Source: a bacterium (GTDB lineage Bacteria > Cyanobacteriota > Vampirovibrionia > LMEP-6097). Taken from it: a stretch of DNA of 64,000 nucleotides. Below are positions 39,871 to 50,145 of the stretch, piece after piece. The position numbers and the translations under genes are program-made. The notes beneath the pieces are model-generated. The model saw only the letters and a list, made by a program, of their open reading frames with translations, had not been told where the DNA came from and searched no databases. Position 1 is the stretch's first letter. Every line of letters starts with the position of its first letter. The stretch is from NCBI GenBank assembly GCA_038146805.1, contig JAYQSH010000003.1, forward strand, positions 48,519 to 112,518, in the 5' to 3' direction.

Positions 39871-40470
39871 ATGTCATTATCAGGTACTAGCACAAAAAGA
39901 CATTCAGAGGCAGCACTAAGAGCTCAACTTGAATCAATGCACCCTGGTCAAGAGAAGTCACAGCTAACAGCTGGGCAAATAACAAATACAGCACAAGCAA
40001 TTGAACTTCTTCAGCAACATTCATTACACTTAGCTGGCAAAACTGAACAACCTCAAACTTCTTTAGAAGATGTACTGGCTGCTATTGATGCAAGTAAAAT
40101 AACAAGAAGAAGCTTAGATATTTTAGTAAACATCGTTTCGAACACAAAAGAAGCTGCTACGAAAGCAAAAGTAACAGAAAAAATAAAAGACGCATTAGAA
40201 GCAGATCCTAAATTAGCACCAGCTTCAACTAATCCAGATAGTTTAAGAGCACTAATAGATTACATTTCAAGTGACGAAGAAACAAAAAAAATAAAAGTCA
40301 GGGAATTTGCAAATAGTGAGCGTAGCCTCAGCATAGAATCATTCGCAAATTCAATTAGGGCAAACTCTGCTTTAAGAGGATTATTAAATATAGCAAAAGA
40401 TCAAGGCTTTGAAAGTGATATTAAAGCTCTCGAAAAAGAATTCACAGAACGTTTTACCCAAGAAAAGTAG
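39871..40470 (+). CDS. hypothetical protein (199 aa from Met at MSLSGTS; the track's 39823 start lies inside the terminator hairpin)
   Basis: ORF, hydrophilic. Confidence 0.5.
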   Translation: MSLSGTSTKRHSEAALRAQLESMHPGQEKSQLTAGQITNTAQAIELLQQHSLHLAGKTEQPQTSLEDVLAAIDASKITRRSLDILVNIVSNTKEAATKAKVTEKIKDALEADPKLAPASTNPDSLRALIDYISSDEETKKIKVREFANSERSLSIESFANSIRANSALRGLLNIAKDQGFESDIKALEKEFTERFTQEK

Positions 40471-40493
40471 ATTCTTTTAGTGATTATGATGAC

Positions 40494-42612
40494 TTGAGAG
40501 CAGTATTAGCAAAAAAAATTATCGAATCAAGAAAAGCTTTTGCTGTAAGAGGTCAAGCGGCACTAAACACAAGCAAAAAATTCAATACCGTATCAGCATC
40601 AGCTGTAGAGATGGATCTCATCACAAAAGGGAAAAACACTCAGGCACAAAGGTTTAGCTTAGATGAAATTTTATACAAGATCCTTGAAGCTAAGGACCAG
40701 CAAGCAGGCAGAGAAGCCATTTCTAGTTATCATACAATGATATCGGTTCTTGAAAACAGGTGGGTAAATGGCACTCCTGCTGAACAAAGAAATGCTGCTG
40801 AACAAATGGAAACTCTTTATGCAATAGTTAAAAATAAATCAATAATGGGTGATATTCATGGAGTTTTTCAAGCAACAATAATAGAAAATATGGATATTCT
40901 TGCAGAAATCCCAGATGAACTAAATTTTGCAACGACTAACAACCAAGAACATCTTTATACAGGTCTTACCAACAGGTTAGCTCAACTTGGAATCACAGCC
41001 TTACCTAACACACTTGGGGCTTTCGTTAGTAGATTTAAATCAAGAGCGAGTGGACTTAGCAAAACTAAGCGAGCAAAGAGCAGAAGCCCTTATACCCGTT
41101 TTATTTCAACAAAATTTACCAACAAAAGATGACTTGCTTGCTGTTGAAGTAGCAAGAGAAGTGACATCTATCGTAGATGAAGATAACAACTATTCTGTAA
41201 ATTTGAAAGCCAAACAAGACGAAGTTAAAAGAGAGATAACTCAAAGAATCCTTAATCAATTTAACTATACAAATGGTCAAGTAGATTTCTCAGATACTTA
41301 CAATCAACAAATAGCAGATTTATATTTTGGTGGTCATTATTCCAGCATTGTTATAGACAAAGCTAATATTGAACGCTATATCAATTCTCACTTTCCAGCG
41401 ATTGTAACCAAATCACAGAATGACAGCAATTTAAGGATCCTTGCAGATACATACCTAGAACTTGGGCAAATTCAAGCTAATCCAAATCACTATATCCAAT
41501 ACCTAAAAGGATTTATAGAAAAATCTCTAATAAACCCAAGATCGATATCTGGACTTAAGTCGATAGTAAGCAGATTACAAAATGATGGTGCAATAACAAG
41601 TACAGAAGAAACTCGATTAAATAAAGCTTTTGATTCTTATACACAAAACCCAAACCAAGCCGCAAATGCATTTGAAGATTTAGCTAATATCTTCTTAGGA
41701 CAACCGGGTTATACCTTTGAACTATTTTATTCAGAAGTTTATACTGCAGCAAACTTACATGATAGCTCTAGCTTTCACTCAAACTCAGATCACTTATTAG
41801 AAGATATTAGCTCTTCAGTTGAACAATTAAGAGATGACATTATTAATTCTGATCAAGAAGTAGACGCAGAAAGGATTTTATTCAATATACTTGTTGAAGA
41901 TGAAATTAAGACTACTAATCTAACCGCTGGAGAAAAACATCCTGCTCAAGGGAAACAAGGATTATTAGAAAGATTAATGTCATATCAACCACTTGGCAGT
42001 GAAGATATAACAAAAGGTACACCAAAATTAGTTGCCCTTGCAGAACTAATTAATAGAGTCGGCGATCAATTGCGTTCACAAAGTATAACTCAAACTGAAT
42101 ATCAAGACACTTTGAAATATATAGAAGATCGACTTGGTATCAAGATGAAAGCAGCAGCAACAATCTATAGAGCAAACGCAGGCGTCTTAGCCAAGTACCA
42201 AGATTACTGTGCATCATTAAACACATTTGCCCATAAAAGTGTTGAGCTTGCAAGATTAAATATTTCTCTTGATAATGGAGCTGATGGAGCTCTAGCTAGA
42301 AGAATAGAAAAATCACTTGGTAAAGAGGTTTTTACTGGTGAGCAAATGCAGGCAAATATTGATACTGCTCAAGATTTTGCTCAAAGTATAACAAACGGAC
42401 AAAGTCCTTATGAATGGGCTCAAGCTAATGGCTCTAATAAAAATTCTTTAGTAAGGTTAGCTATGAGAATGTCAGGACAAAGCTCAAGTGACGAGTATGC
42501 AACTATCAAAGGTTTAGAACAAAGAGGAGATCTTAGCTCAGAAAATATAAGCGATATACTTGATTTAATAAGAAATTTTGTACAATATTTTATGAGAGCA
42601 AAGATAAGTTAA
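40494..42612 (+). CDS. hypothetical ~700-aa protein, apparently one gene split into ORFs 40494..41132 and 40987..42612 by a frameshift near a G4 run (about 41020..41035)
   Basis: The ORFs overlap by ~145 nt. The frame-0 tail (SRFKSRASGLSKTKRAKSRSPYTRF) and frame-1 head (MESQPYLTHLG) look like out-of-frame junk, while ...ALPNTLGAF and LVDLNQERVDL look protein-like. Confidence 0.5.
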
Positions 42613-42613
42613 T

Positions 42614-43081
42614 ATGCACTTCCAAAGATATAAAGTTCAAAATTCAATAGATGAAAAAGACTCTAAGAAAAAAAAACAAAGAGCGACAGACTACTATTTA
42701 AAATTTTTGACAAAATATACAGAAATTCTTTTAGATGAAAATTCTACGAATAAATCTAAAATTTTTGCAATTGAAATGCTAGGTGGTTTCATTAATAACA
42801 AATATATCAAAGACACTCTAGAGTTAGCCAAAAACACCTATAAAAACAATACTCTTATTTTGGAAACTGTAAGCTCTGCTTTATCTGGAGCCTATTTTGA
42901 ATCAAAGGAAGATAGTTATGAAAACTATATTATTGAGTCAGGCATTCAAGATGAGATTAAAAAAGCTATTCAAGACGAAGAAAATAGAGCAAAAGAAGAA
43001 TACCGAAACCAAGCTAATGAAGGCAAAGAAATGTCTAGATATAGAGCCGCTTTAGAGAATGTTCTAAAAAGAAGTTTATAG
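42614..43081 (+). CDS. hypothetical protein (155 aa)
   Basis: ORF starting 1 nt after the upstream stop. Confidence 0.5.
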   Translation: MHFQRYKVQNSIDEKDSKKKKQRATDYYLKFLTKYTEILLDENSTNKSKIFAIEMLGGFINNKYIKDTLELAKNTYKNNTLILETVSSALSGAYFESKEDSYENYIIESGIQDEIKKAIQDEENRAKEEYRNQANEGKEMSRYRAALENVLKRSL

Positions 43082-43150
43082 GCATTTCACCTAGTTTCTT
43101 ATCAAAAATCAAACTCTCTACGCTTTATATACATAAGGATAACTAACCTT

Positions 43151-45751
43151 ATGACGTGGACAGATTACATACCACAATCAATCAAATCAGGAGCACAAGC
43201 GGGGCTAGATGCACTAAAAGAAGCACGCAAGCAAAGAGTTTTAGCCAGAAGAATAAAAGCTCAAGAAAAAGCTGAACAACAAATTGAAAACACCTATGGT
43301 GAACTGAGGCTACCTCATGACCACACTACTGAACAAAGACTTGAAGCAACTCTAGGGTTTCAAGTAGGTGAAGAAACTGAAGCTAAATTTGCCTTAGCCG
43401 AAAAAGATCCAGAACGTCTTCATGAGATCCTAAAAGCACTTGGACAAAATTCTTCAACCGAAAGTACCACTAGGAGCGATGTGCTACAAAGCGCAAAAGG
43501 TGCCGACTGTCTTGTTGAAATTGCATCTAAGATAAAAGACCCCAAAGACATATTTAGCATAGAAACAATCTTTCTACAGGAGATAAAATCTAAGCTACCT
43601 CATGAAGCTGCCATTCACTTAGAAAATACTGATTGGGGAATAGTTAATTCAAGATTTGCACATCAGCCACAAATCCTAAGAGATATTAATATCTATAAAG
43701 CTTTAGAAGAATATTTTATTGCAAAAAGTGAGTATTTAAGTTCAGATTCAGCAAATAACGAAGCACAAAAAACTCGTTACGAAAATGCTGTTATAGACTT
43801 AGCTGAATTAAGCATTGATCCTGATAGCAGAGATATTTTAAACTCTACAACCAGCACCCCTAGCGGGCCAGCTCGATCAAAGCATAAAAACTTTTTAGAT
43901 CAAATGAAAGCAAGAGGATCTTCATATTTTGAAAAAGCACTTCATAGGCATTTAGAAAACGAAGGACTACTTAATGAAATTAATAATCTAAGACAAATCA
44001 TTGCAAATCCAATCGAAAATAGTGAACATACATTAGTAAAAGACCCTAATCGTTCTGGATTAAGGATGATACTAGCAAACGATATTTTAAGAACCAGCAA
44101 TCATAGATTAAAATCAGATTCAATTTCAGTAGGTGTTTTAGGTAGATTAACAGGATTTATTTCAGGTAACAATCTAGAAAAAATAGATATTAGCACCCAA
44201 GACTTAGTTGATATTTACGGACAAGATAATTATGATAGATATTTGTCTAATAGAACTGGTTATGAATTTAGATTGGATAATTTCATTGTAGATTTATATT
44301 CTGGTTCAACAGGTTTAAACACAAATAACCCAAACGATCCTCTAATTAATACTAAAGCAGGAGCTGTAAGACAATTAGTTGAAGTCTTTAGTGTAATTAA
44401 ATTAAGAATCGATAGAGAATCAGATCCAACAAAGAAAAAAACTTTAGTCAAACAGCAAGAACTCTTAAGTCAACTTATCAAAAATTCTTCTAGTCCAAAT
44501 AGTAGCTTAGTTCCACACGGAGTCTACATGCAAATACAGCATACATTAAATAACGAAACAGGTGCTGTCTTACACTCACTATTACCTCTCAGCGAGAGTA
44601 TGAAATTAAGTACAATAAAAGCTGAAGTAATAAAACAGAAAGAAAGACTAGAAAGAAAACATCCTGATGCAAGAACTTCTCAACTTCTACAAGACCTTGA
44701 GTATCTTGAACAACAAACTGGTCTTAATGACCCTAAAGCATTCACAACAGTCATCGGGAATATTGTTTCTGAGCAATCAACCTTAACAACAAACCTTGCT
44801 GACAGTTTTCTTGACATAGTAACTGGTGGTAATCAAATTATGAGTAATGTAATTACTAGTGCTCTTGATGCTGATCCAAAAGGTAATGGCTTAGCACAGC
44901 TATTTGAAGAGTCTTTAACAGGTACAGCAAAGAGAGGTAGTACTGAAGAATTATTAGCGAACATATTCATCGCAGATCAAAGAGAGTCGAGAGCTAAGTT
45001 TGATGAAGAAAACCTTGGCACGATATCAAGCTTATGCTTATCTGAATCAAAACGATTCAACCAAGCAATGCTAATTAGGACAATTGCTGATGGTGATATT
45101 AATCAAAGAAGTATTCAATATGATGAAAGTGGTACCGAGAGAAAAATTGTAGGTATAGCTCATATCTTTGCAAAAATTGACTCTAGTAGAGCCACAGCTG
45201 CAGTTAAAGAAGATGCTAAAGAAAGAGTGTTAGAAGCTCTTGGAATAGATATAACCAGTTTAAATGGGTCCACTATACTTACTAATATTAAGACTTTAAA
45301 CTTTGCAGAGACTTTGGTTGGAGCTAATAGTTTCAATGCAAAACAAGCAGTTGAAAATATTCAAAGTTCTGAAGCAAGAACTTTAGATACAATTAAAGCC
45401 TTCCATAACGTAGTTAGCGTAGATAAGCAGTCAAGTCCTGTCTTTATAAATGCCTTTTTTAAACAATTTACTGCCGAACAAGATATGGCTAAAATTCAAG
45501 AGACTCTAAGTATAGTTAATGATGCCTTTAACAGTACTAATCAAGTTGATGATTTTGATCAGAGATTAAGTCAAATGAAAGACTATATCAAAGAAAATTC
45601 AGGTAAAGGAGAGCTTGCAGATTCATTTGATGTATTTAATTTTCATACCGAGCAAGATGGTCAAGGATTTGGTCAATTAGTTAATCAACTTCTCAGACAC
45701 TGGGGTTTTGACCAACTTGCTGAAATAATTTCAAGATTACTTAAAGGCTAA
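43151..45751 (+). CDS. large hypothetical hydrophilic protein (866 aa)
   Basis: Long ORF; no recognised motif. Confidence 0.65.
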   Translation: MTWTDYIPQSIKSGAQAGLDALKEARKQRVLARRIKAQEKAEQQIENTYGELRLPHDHTTEQRLEATLGFQVGEETEAKFALAEKDPERLHEILKALGQNSSTESTTRSDVLQSAKGADCLVEIASKIKDPKDIFSIETIFLQEIKSKLPHEAAIHLENTDWGIVNSRFAHQPQILRDINIYKALEEYFIAKSEYLSSDSANNEAQKTRYENAVIDLAELSIDPDSRDILNSTTSTPSGPARSKHKNFLDQMKARGSSYFEKALHRHLENEGLLNEINNLRQIIANPIENSEHTLVKDPNRSGLRMILANDILRTSNHRLKSDSISVGVLGRLTGFISGNNLEKIDISTQDLVDIYGQDNYDRYLSNRTGYEFRLDNFIVDLYSGSTGLNTNNPNDPLINTKAGAVRQLVEVFSVIKLRIDRESDPTKKKTLVKQQELLSQLIKNSSSPNSSLVPHGVYMQIQHTLNNETGAVLHSLLPLSESMKLSTIKAEVIKQKERLERKHPDARTSQLLQDLEYLEQQTGLNDPKAFTTVIGNIVSEQSTLTTNLADSFLDIVTGGNQIMSNVITSALDADPKGNGLAQLFEESLTGTAKRGSTEELLANIFIADQRESRAKFDEENLGTISSLCLSESKRFNQAMLIRTIADGDINQRSIQYDESGTERKIVGIAHIFAKIDSSRATAAVKEDAKERVLEALGIDITSLNGSTILTNIKTLNFAETLVGANSFNAKQAVENIQSSEARTLDTIKAFHNVVSVDKQSSPVFINAFFKQFTAEQDMAKIQETLSIVNDAFNSTNQVDDFDQRLSQMKDYIKENSGKGELADSFDVFNFHTEQDGQGFGQLVNQLLRHWGFDQLAEIISRLLKG

Positions 45752-45849
45752 AGCAACTAGTAATACAATTTTATACATTAAACCATATTAACTTATAACC
45801 AAGAAGACACTGCTAAAAAATTATCTATATAGATAAAAGGAATATTTTA

Positions 45850-46395
45850 ATGGGTCACGCAGCATCAATACTTAAAAGACGATACACCAATTTTTCAGAT
45901 CTCTGAAGAGAATAAAAACTTCGCTGATTTAGGAGTTCTAGGAAGCATGGTGCTTCTAGATACTATGGGAGATGATCTTTCTATTGTGAACGCTGCAAGA
46001 GTTTCTTATGCTTCTGAATCTGATGCATTTGAAGAGCGTGACAAAAAACTAGTTAAGTATTTAGCGAAGCACAAACACTGGACTCCATTTGAACAAAACT
46101 CTCTTAAGTCTAAAGTTTAGTGTCCTATCTATATTGCTCGTCAATGGATGAAACATAGATGCTGGTTTTTCAACGAGATCTCTGTTCGCTATACTATTTT
46201 TGATAACACAGTTTATAAACCAGATGATTTTCGTAAGTAAGCGTTGCTTCTGAAGATGAAATAAACCAATAAAAACTGCAGCGATTTATTCAAGTGCAAC
46301 AAAAATTCGCCGAAGATTCATATAACCAATTACTTGAATTAGGGTTTTTGGGAGAACAAGCCCGTGGAGTGCTTCCCGTAGGTTCGCGCACTTAG
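45850..46395 (+). pseudogene. decayed thyX copy (frameshifts and in-frame stops), ~80% identical to intact thyX
   Basis: atgggtcacgcagcatcaatacttaaa... parallels 47536 onwards; TAG/TAA stops, e.g. at 46118 and 46237. Confidence 0.8.
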
Positions 46396-46465
46396 ATTAA
46401 CACGTCCCTCCCCCGAACCTTGTCATTTTATCTCATTTTTTTAAAAGCTTTAATTTAAAAAAAGT

Positions 46466-46729
46466 CTATGCCGCTATCCCAGAAGCAAATATGGGTTTTG
46501 CTTTATCATAGAGTTTTTGTATAAACTCCATCATAGAGACCTTTGCATCAAAAGGCTTTTCAAAAGCATTTACAAAACTGTCTGTAAAAGATTCAAAGAA
46601 TGGACTCACGACATCGCGATCTTGATGAGTATTGTTATTCTCATCAGGACTCGCAAGAGCTTCTTGATACAATCGAGCAGTCTCATCTCCTAAGATTTTT
46701 GCTCTTTGCATTCTAGGCAAACCTGTCAA
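46466..46729 (-). CDS. hypothetical small protein (87 aa), paralog of 47109..47459
   Basis: About 90% identical to the downstream copy; part of the ~640-bp tandem duplication. Confidence 0.4.
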   Translation of the reverse strand: MTGLPRMQRAKILGDETARLYQEALASPDENNNTHQDRDVVSPFFESFTDSFVNAFEKPFDAKVSMMEFIQKLYDKAKPIFASGIAA

Positions 46730-46772
46730 TTTTGGATTTTAGTCAAAAATGCTATCGTGATTTAAATTAATT

Positions 46773-47039
46773 CTATATTGCTCGTCAATGGATGAAACAA
46801 AGATGCTGGTTTTTCAACGAGATCTCTGTTCGCTATACTATTTTGATAACACAGTTTATAAACCAGATGATTTTCGTAAGTAAGCGTTGCTTCTGAAGAT
46901 GAAATAAAACCAATAAAAACTGTAGCGATTTATTCAAGTGCAACAAAAATTCGCCGAAGATTCATATCACCAATTACTTGAATTAGGGTTTTTGGGAGAA
47001 CAAGCCCGTGGAGTGCTTCCCGTAGGTTCGCGCACTTAG
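46773..47039 (+). pseudogene. second internal thyX fragment (tandem duplicate of 46127..46395)
   Basis: ctatattgctcgtcaatggatgaaaca...gtaggttcgcgcacttag repeated. Confidence 0.75.
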
Positions 47040-47108
47040 ATTAACACGTCCCTCCCCCGAACCTTGTCATTTTATCTCATTTTTTTAAAAGCTTTAATTT
47101 AAAAAAGT

Positions 47109-47459
47109 CTATGCCGCTATCCCAGAAGCAAATATGGGTTTTGCTTTATCATAGAGTTTTTGTATAAACTCCATCATAGAGACCTTTGCATCAAAAGGCT
47201 TTTCAAAAGCATTTACAAAACTGTCTGTAAAAGATTTAAAGAATGGACTCACGACATCGCGATCTTGATGAGTATTGTTATGCTCATCAGGACACGCAAG
47301 AGCTTCTTGATACAATCGAGCAATCTCACGTCCTAAGATTTTTGCTTTTTGCATTCTAGACAAACCTGTCAATTTTGGATTTTGGTCAAAAATGCTATCG
47401 TGATTTAAATTAATAGATATCATAAAATTAAATAATAACAAATAATATATGTAATACAT
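47109..47459 (-). CDS. hypothetical small protein (116 aa as called; the AT-rich N-terminus is probably not coding)
   Basis: Paralog of 46466..46729. Confidence 0.4.
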   Translation of the reverse strand: MYYIYYLLLFNFMISINLNHDSIFDQNPKLTGLSRMQKAKILGREIARLYQEALACPDEHNNTHQDRDVVSPFFKSFTDSFVNAFEKPFDAKVSMMEFIQKLYDKAKPIFASGIAA

Positions 47460-47535
47460 TAAATAATATAAATAATATTTTTATAATCATAAAAACTGAT
47501 AGAATAATATTATCTAATTAAAAGGAAATTTACAC

Positions 47536-48321
47536 ATGGGTCACGCTGCATCAATACTTAAAAACGATAAACCGATATTTGAAATCGATAGTGAAAATCC
47601 ACGACTAGCCAATATGGGAGTTCTTGGCACAATGGAACTACTCGATGTTATGGGTGATGATCTTAGTATTGTCAATGCCGCAAGAGTTTCTTATGCTTCT
47701 GAATCAAATGCCTTTGAAGAAAAAGACAAAAAGCTAGTTAAGTATCTAGCAAAGCACAAACACTGGACCCCCTTTGAACAAAACTCTCTAAAATTTAGAG
47801 TTAAGTGCCCTATTTATATTGCACGTCAATGGATGAAACATAGATGCTGGGTCTTTAACGAAATTTCTGCTCGTTATACTATTTTTGATAACACTGTTTA
47901 TAAACCTGATGAATTTAGAAAACAAGCAGTGCGCAATAAACAAGCAAGTGATGCCTCAGAAGGTGAAATCAATCAAGAACTTGCAAACGAAATTTACGAA
48001 CAAGCAACAAAAACTGCTATTGATTCTTACAACAAACTACTCGAACTTGGTGTCTGCCGTGAACAAGCTCGGGGAGTGCTTCCTGTGGGTTCACATACAG
48101 AATTTATTACAACAGTAAACCTAAGAAACTTTATGCATTGGTATATGCTTCGTGCACCAAAAGATGCACAATGGGAAATCCAACAATACGCACACGCCGC
48201 TCTTAAATTAATTGAACCAAAGTTTCCTGTTGCAATTGAATGTTTTAAAGAGCTACAAGAAGAAGCATTAGAAGATGCTATCAAACTCAAAGAAATCAAA
48301 GATAGTTTAAAAAACAACTAG
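47536..48321 (+). CDS. thyX: flavin-dependent thymidylate synthase
   Basis: ThyX signature KHRCWVFNEISARYT (RHR-x7-S type), 261 aa. Confidence 0.88.
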   Translation: MGHAASILKNDKPIFEIDSENPRLANMGVLGTMELLDVMGDDLSIVNAARVSYASESNAFEEKDKKLVKYLAKHKHWTPFEQNSLKFRVKCPIYIARQWMKHRCWVFNEISARYTIFDNTVYKPDEFRKQAVRNKQASDASEGEINQELANEIYEQATKTAIDSYNKLLELGVCREQARGVLPVGSHTEFITTVNLRNFMHWYMLRAPKDAQWEIQQYAHAALKLIEPKFPVAIECFKELQEEALEDAIKLKEIKDSLKNN

Positions 48322-48336
48322 CTACTTTAACACAAA

Positions 48337-49242
48337 CTATTTGAGAATCCATTCAAGCAAAGCTTTTTGCGTATGCAATCTGTTTTCTGCTTGATTCAAA
48401 ATTGTTTCTTCGTGGTTTTCTAAAGCTTCAGCTGTAATCTCTTCACCACGATGAGCTGGCAAACAATGTAAAACAATTGCTGTATCTTTTGCATACTCAG
48501 TCATCAAAGCTTTGTTTACTTGGTAACCATGAAATATTTTTTTACGTCTTTGTGCGTCTCTCTCTTGACCCATACTAGACCAAACATCTGTATAAACCAC
48601 ATCTGCATCTTGCGCCGCTTCGCCCACACCATGAGTAACAGTAGAGAAATCAGATTCAAACTCTGATTTTGGTTCATACTCAACCGGGCAAGCAACATGA
48701 ATATTAATACCAAGCTTTGCACAAGCTAACATCAATGAGTGCACTGTATTGTTGCCATCACCGATATAAGCAATTTTTAAATCTTTAAAGGTACCAAAGT
48801 GTTCTTTGATTGTAAGCAAGTCAGCAAGTGTTTGACAAGGATGCTCCAAATCACTTAAACCATTTATAACTGGAATCGAAGAAAACTTTGTAGCTTCTTC
48901 TAAAACTTCATGACCAAAAGTTCTAATCATCAAACCGTCTAGATACCTAGACATTACTCTAGAAATATCCGCTCTAGTTTCTCTTTCAAAAATCTGAATT
49001 TCACTAGCGTTCAAAACCACAGTTGAACCACCAAGTTGTTGCATACCAACTTCAAAACTAATACGAGTACGCAAACTAGGCTTCTCAAAAACCAATCCTA
49101 AAGTTTTACCACGCAAAATATCGCTTTGGTCGCCGCCTTCTTTAAGCTCAAGCTTAAGTTCAGCCGCTCTATCTAAAAGCATAAGCAATTCTTCTTTGCT
49201 TACATCATTAATACTAAGGAAATTTCTAACCATCAGTAACAA
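48337..49242 (-). CDS. argF: ornithine carbamoyltransferase (anabolic ArgF or catabolic ArcB; cannot distinguish)
   Basis: STRTR motif (SLRTRISFEVG), HCLP motif (HCLPAHRGEE). Confidence 0.88.
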   Translation of the reverse strand: MLLMVRNFLSINDVSKEELLMLLDRAAELKLELKEGGDQSDILRGKTLGLVFEKPSLRTRISFEVGMQQLGGSTVVLNASEIQIFERETRADISRVMSRYLDGLMIRTFGHEVLEEATKFSSIPVINGLSDLEHPCQTLADLLTIKEHFGTFKDLKIAYIGDGNNTVHSLMLACAKLGINIHVACPVEYEPKSEFESDFSTVTHGVGEAAQDADVVYTDVWSSMGQERDAQRRKKIFHGYQVNKALMTEYAKDTAIVLHCLPAHRGEEITAEALENHEETILNQAENRLHTQKALLEWILK

Positions 49243-49274
49243 TATATCACTGTTTGGCTAGTTATTAAACTAGG

Positions 49275-50111
49275 CTAAGCTATTGAAGATTTCAAGATAA
49301 TTTGCTTAGCATCTTGCCACTTTTGTTCTAACTCAGCTGGTGAATATTGATTCATTTGCTTAGCTTCTTCTTGGCAAAGTTGCATCATTAAATCAAACCT
49401 TTTAACAAATTTATTATTTGTCATGCGCAAGGCTTCTTCAGGATCAATTTTAAACCAACGAGCAATATTTACAACCGTAAATAAAATATCACCAAGCTCA
49501 AGTTCAGCTTCAGTTTTCATTTGTGAATTTACAAAATCATCGGCATGAGGATCTTTTGCTTGTGCGCGTGATGCTTCAACAATTTCTTTTAATTCATCAA
49601 TCTCAGAAAGTAATTGTTGATAAAGTTTTTCTTCTTGATCCCATTCAAAACTTTCTTTTACAGCTTTTTTAGAAATTTTCCAAGCACGCGCAAGAGCAGG
49701 CATTTCTTTTGGAATGCCCTCAAAAATTGACTTTCGAGATTGTTTTTCTTTGGCTTTTTGCGCATCCCAAAGTGTGTCAACTTCTTTGGTGTTTTGTGCT
49801 GTGTCATTAGCAAAAACATGTGGATGTCTTTTTATCATTTTTTCATTGATTTTTTTGACAACAGAAGCAAAATCAAATTCTTGTTTTTCTTGTGCAATTC
49901 TTGAATGTAAAACAATCTGCAACAAAAGATCACCTAATTCTTCTTCTAATTCTTGAGGATCTTTTTTGTCTATAGCTTCTAAGGTTTCATAAAGTTCTTC
50001 AAGTAGATATCTCTTGAGAGATTCGTGACTTTGTTTCAAATTCCAAACACAACCTTTTTCAGGATCTCTGATTTGTTTTATGGTTTCTATAAAATTATCT
50101 ATTTCTTGCAT
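49275..50111 (-). CDS. mazG: nucleoside triphosphate pyrophosphohydrolase MazG
   Basis: Tandem MazG-type EExxE helices (ELEEELGDLLLQI.., ELELGDILFTVV..). Confidence 0.78.
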   Translation of the reverse strand: MQEIDNFIETIKQIRDPEKGCVWNLKQSHESLKRYLLEELYETLEAIDKKDPQELEEELGDLLLQIVLHSRIAQEKQEFDFASVVKKINEKMIKRHPHVFANDTAQNTKEVDTLWDAQKAKEKQSRKSIFEGIPKEMPALARAWKISKKAVKESFEWDQEEKLYQQLLSEIDELKEIVEASRAQAKDPHADDFVNSQMKTEAELELGDILFTVVNIARWFKIDPEEALRMTNNKFVKRFDLMMQLCQEEAKQMNQYSPAELEQKWQDAKQIILKSSIA

Positions 50112-50145
50112 TTTTTAAGCCAGTGCTTTTGTTAAAATATCTATA

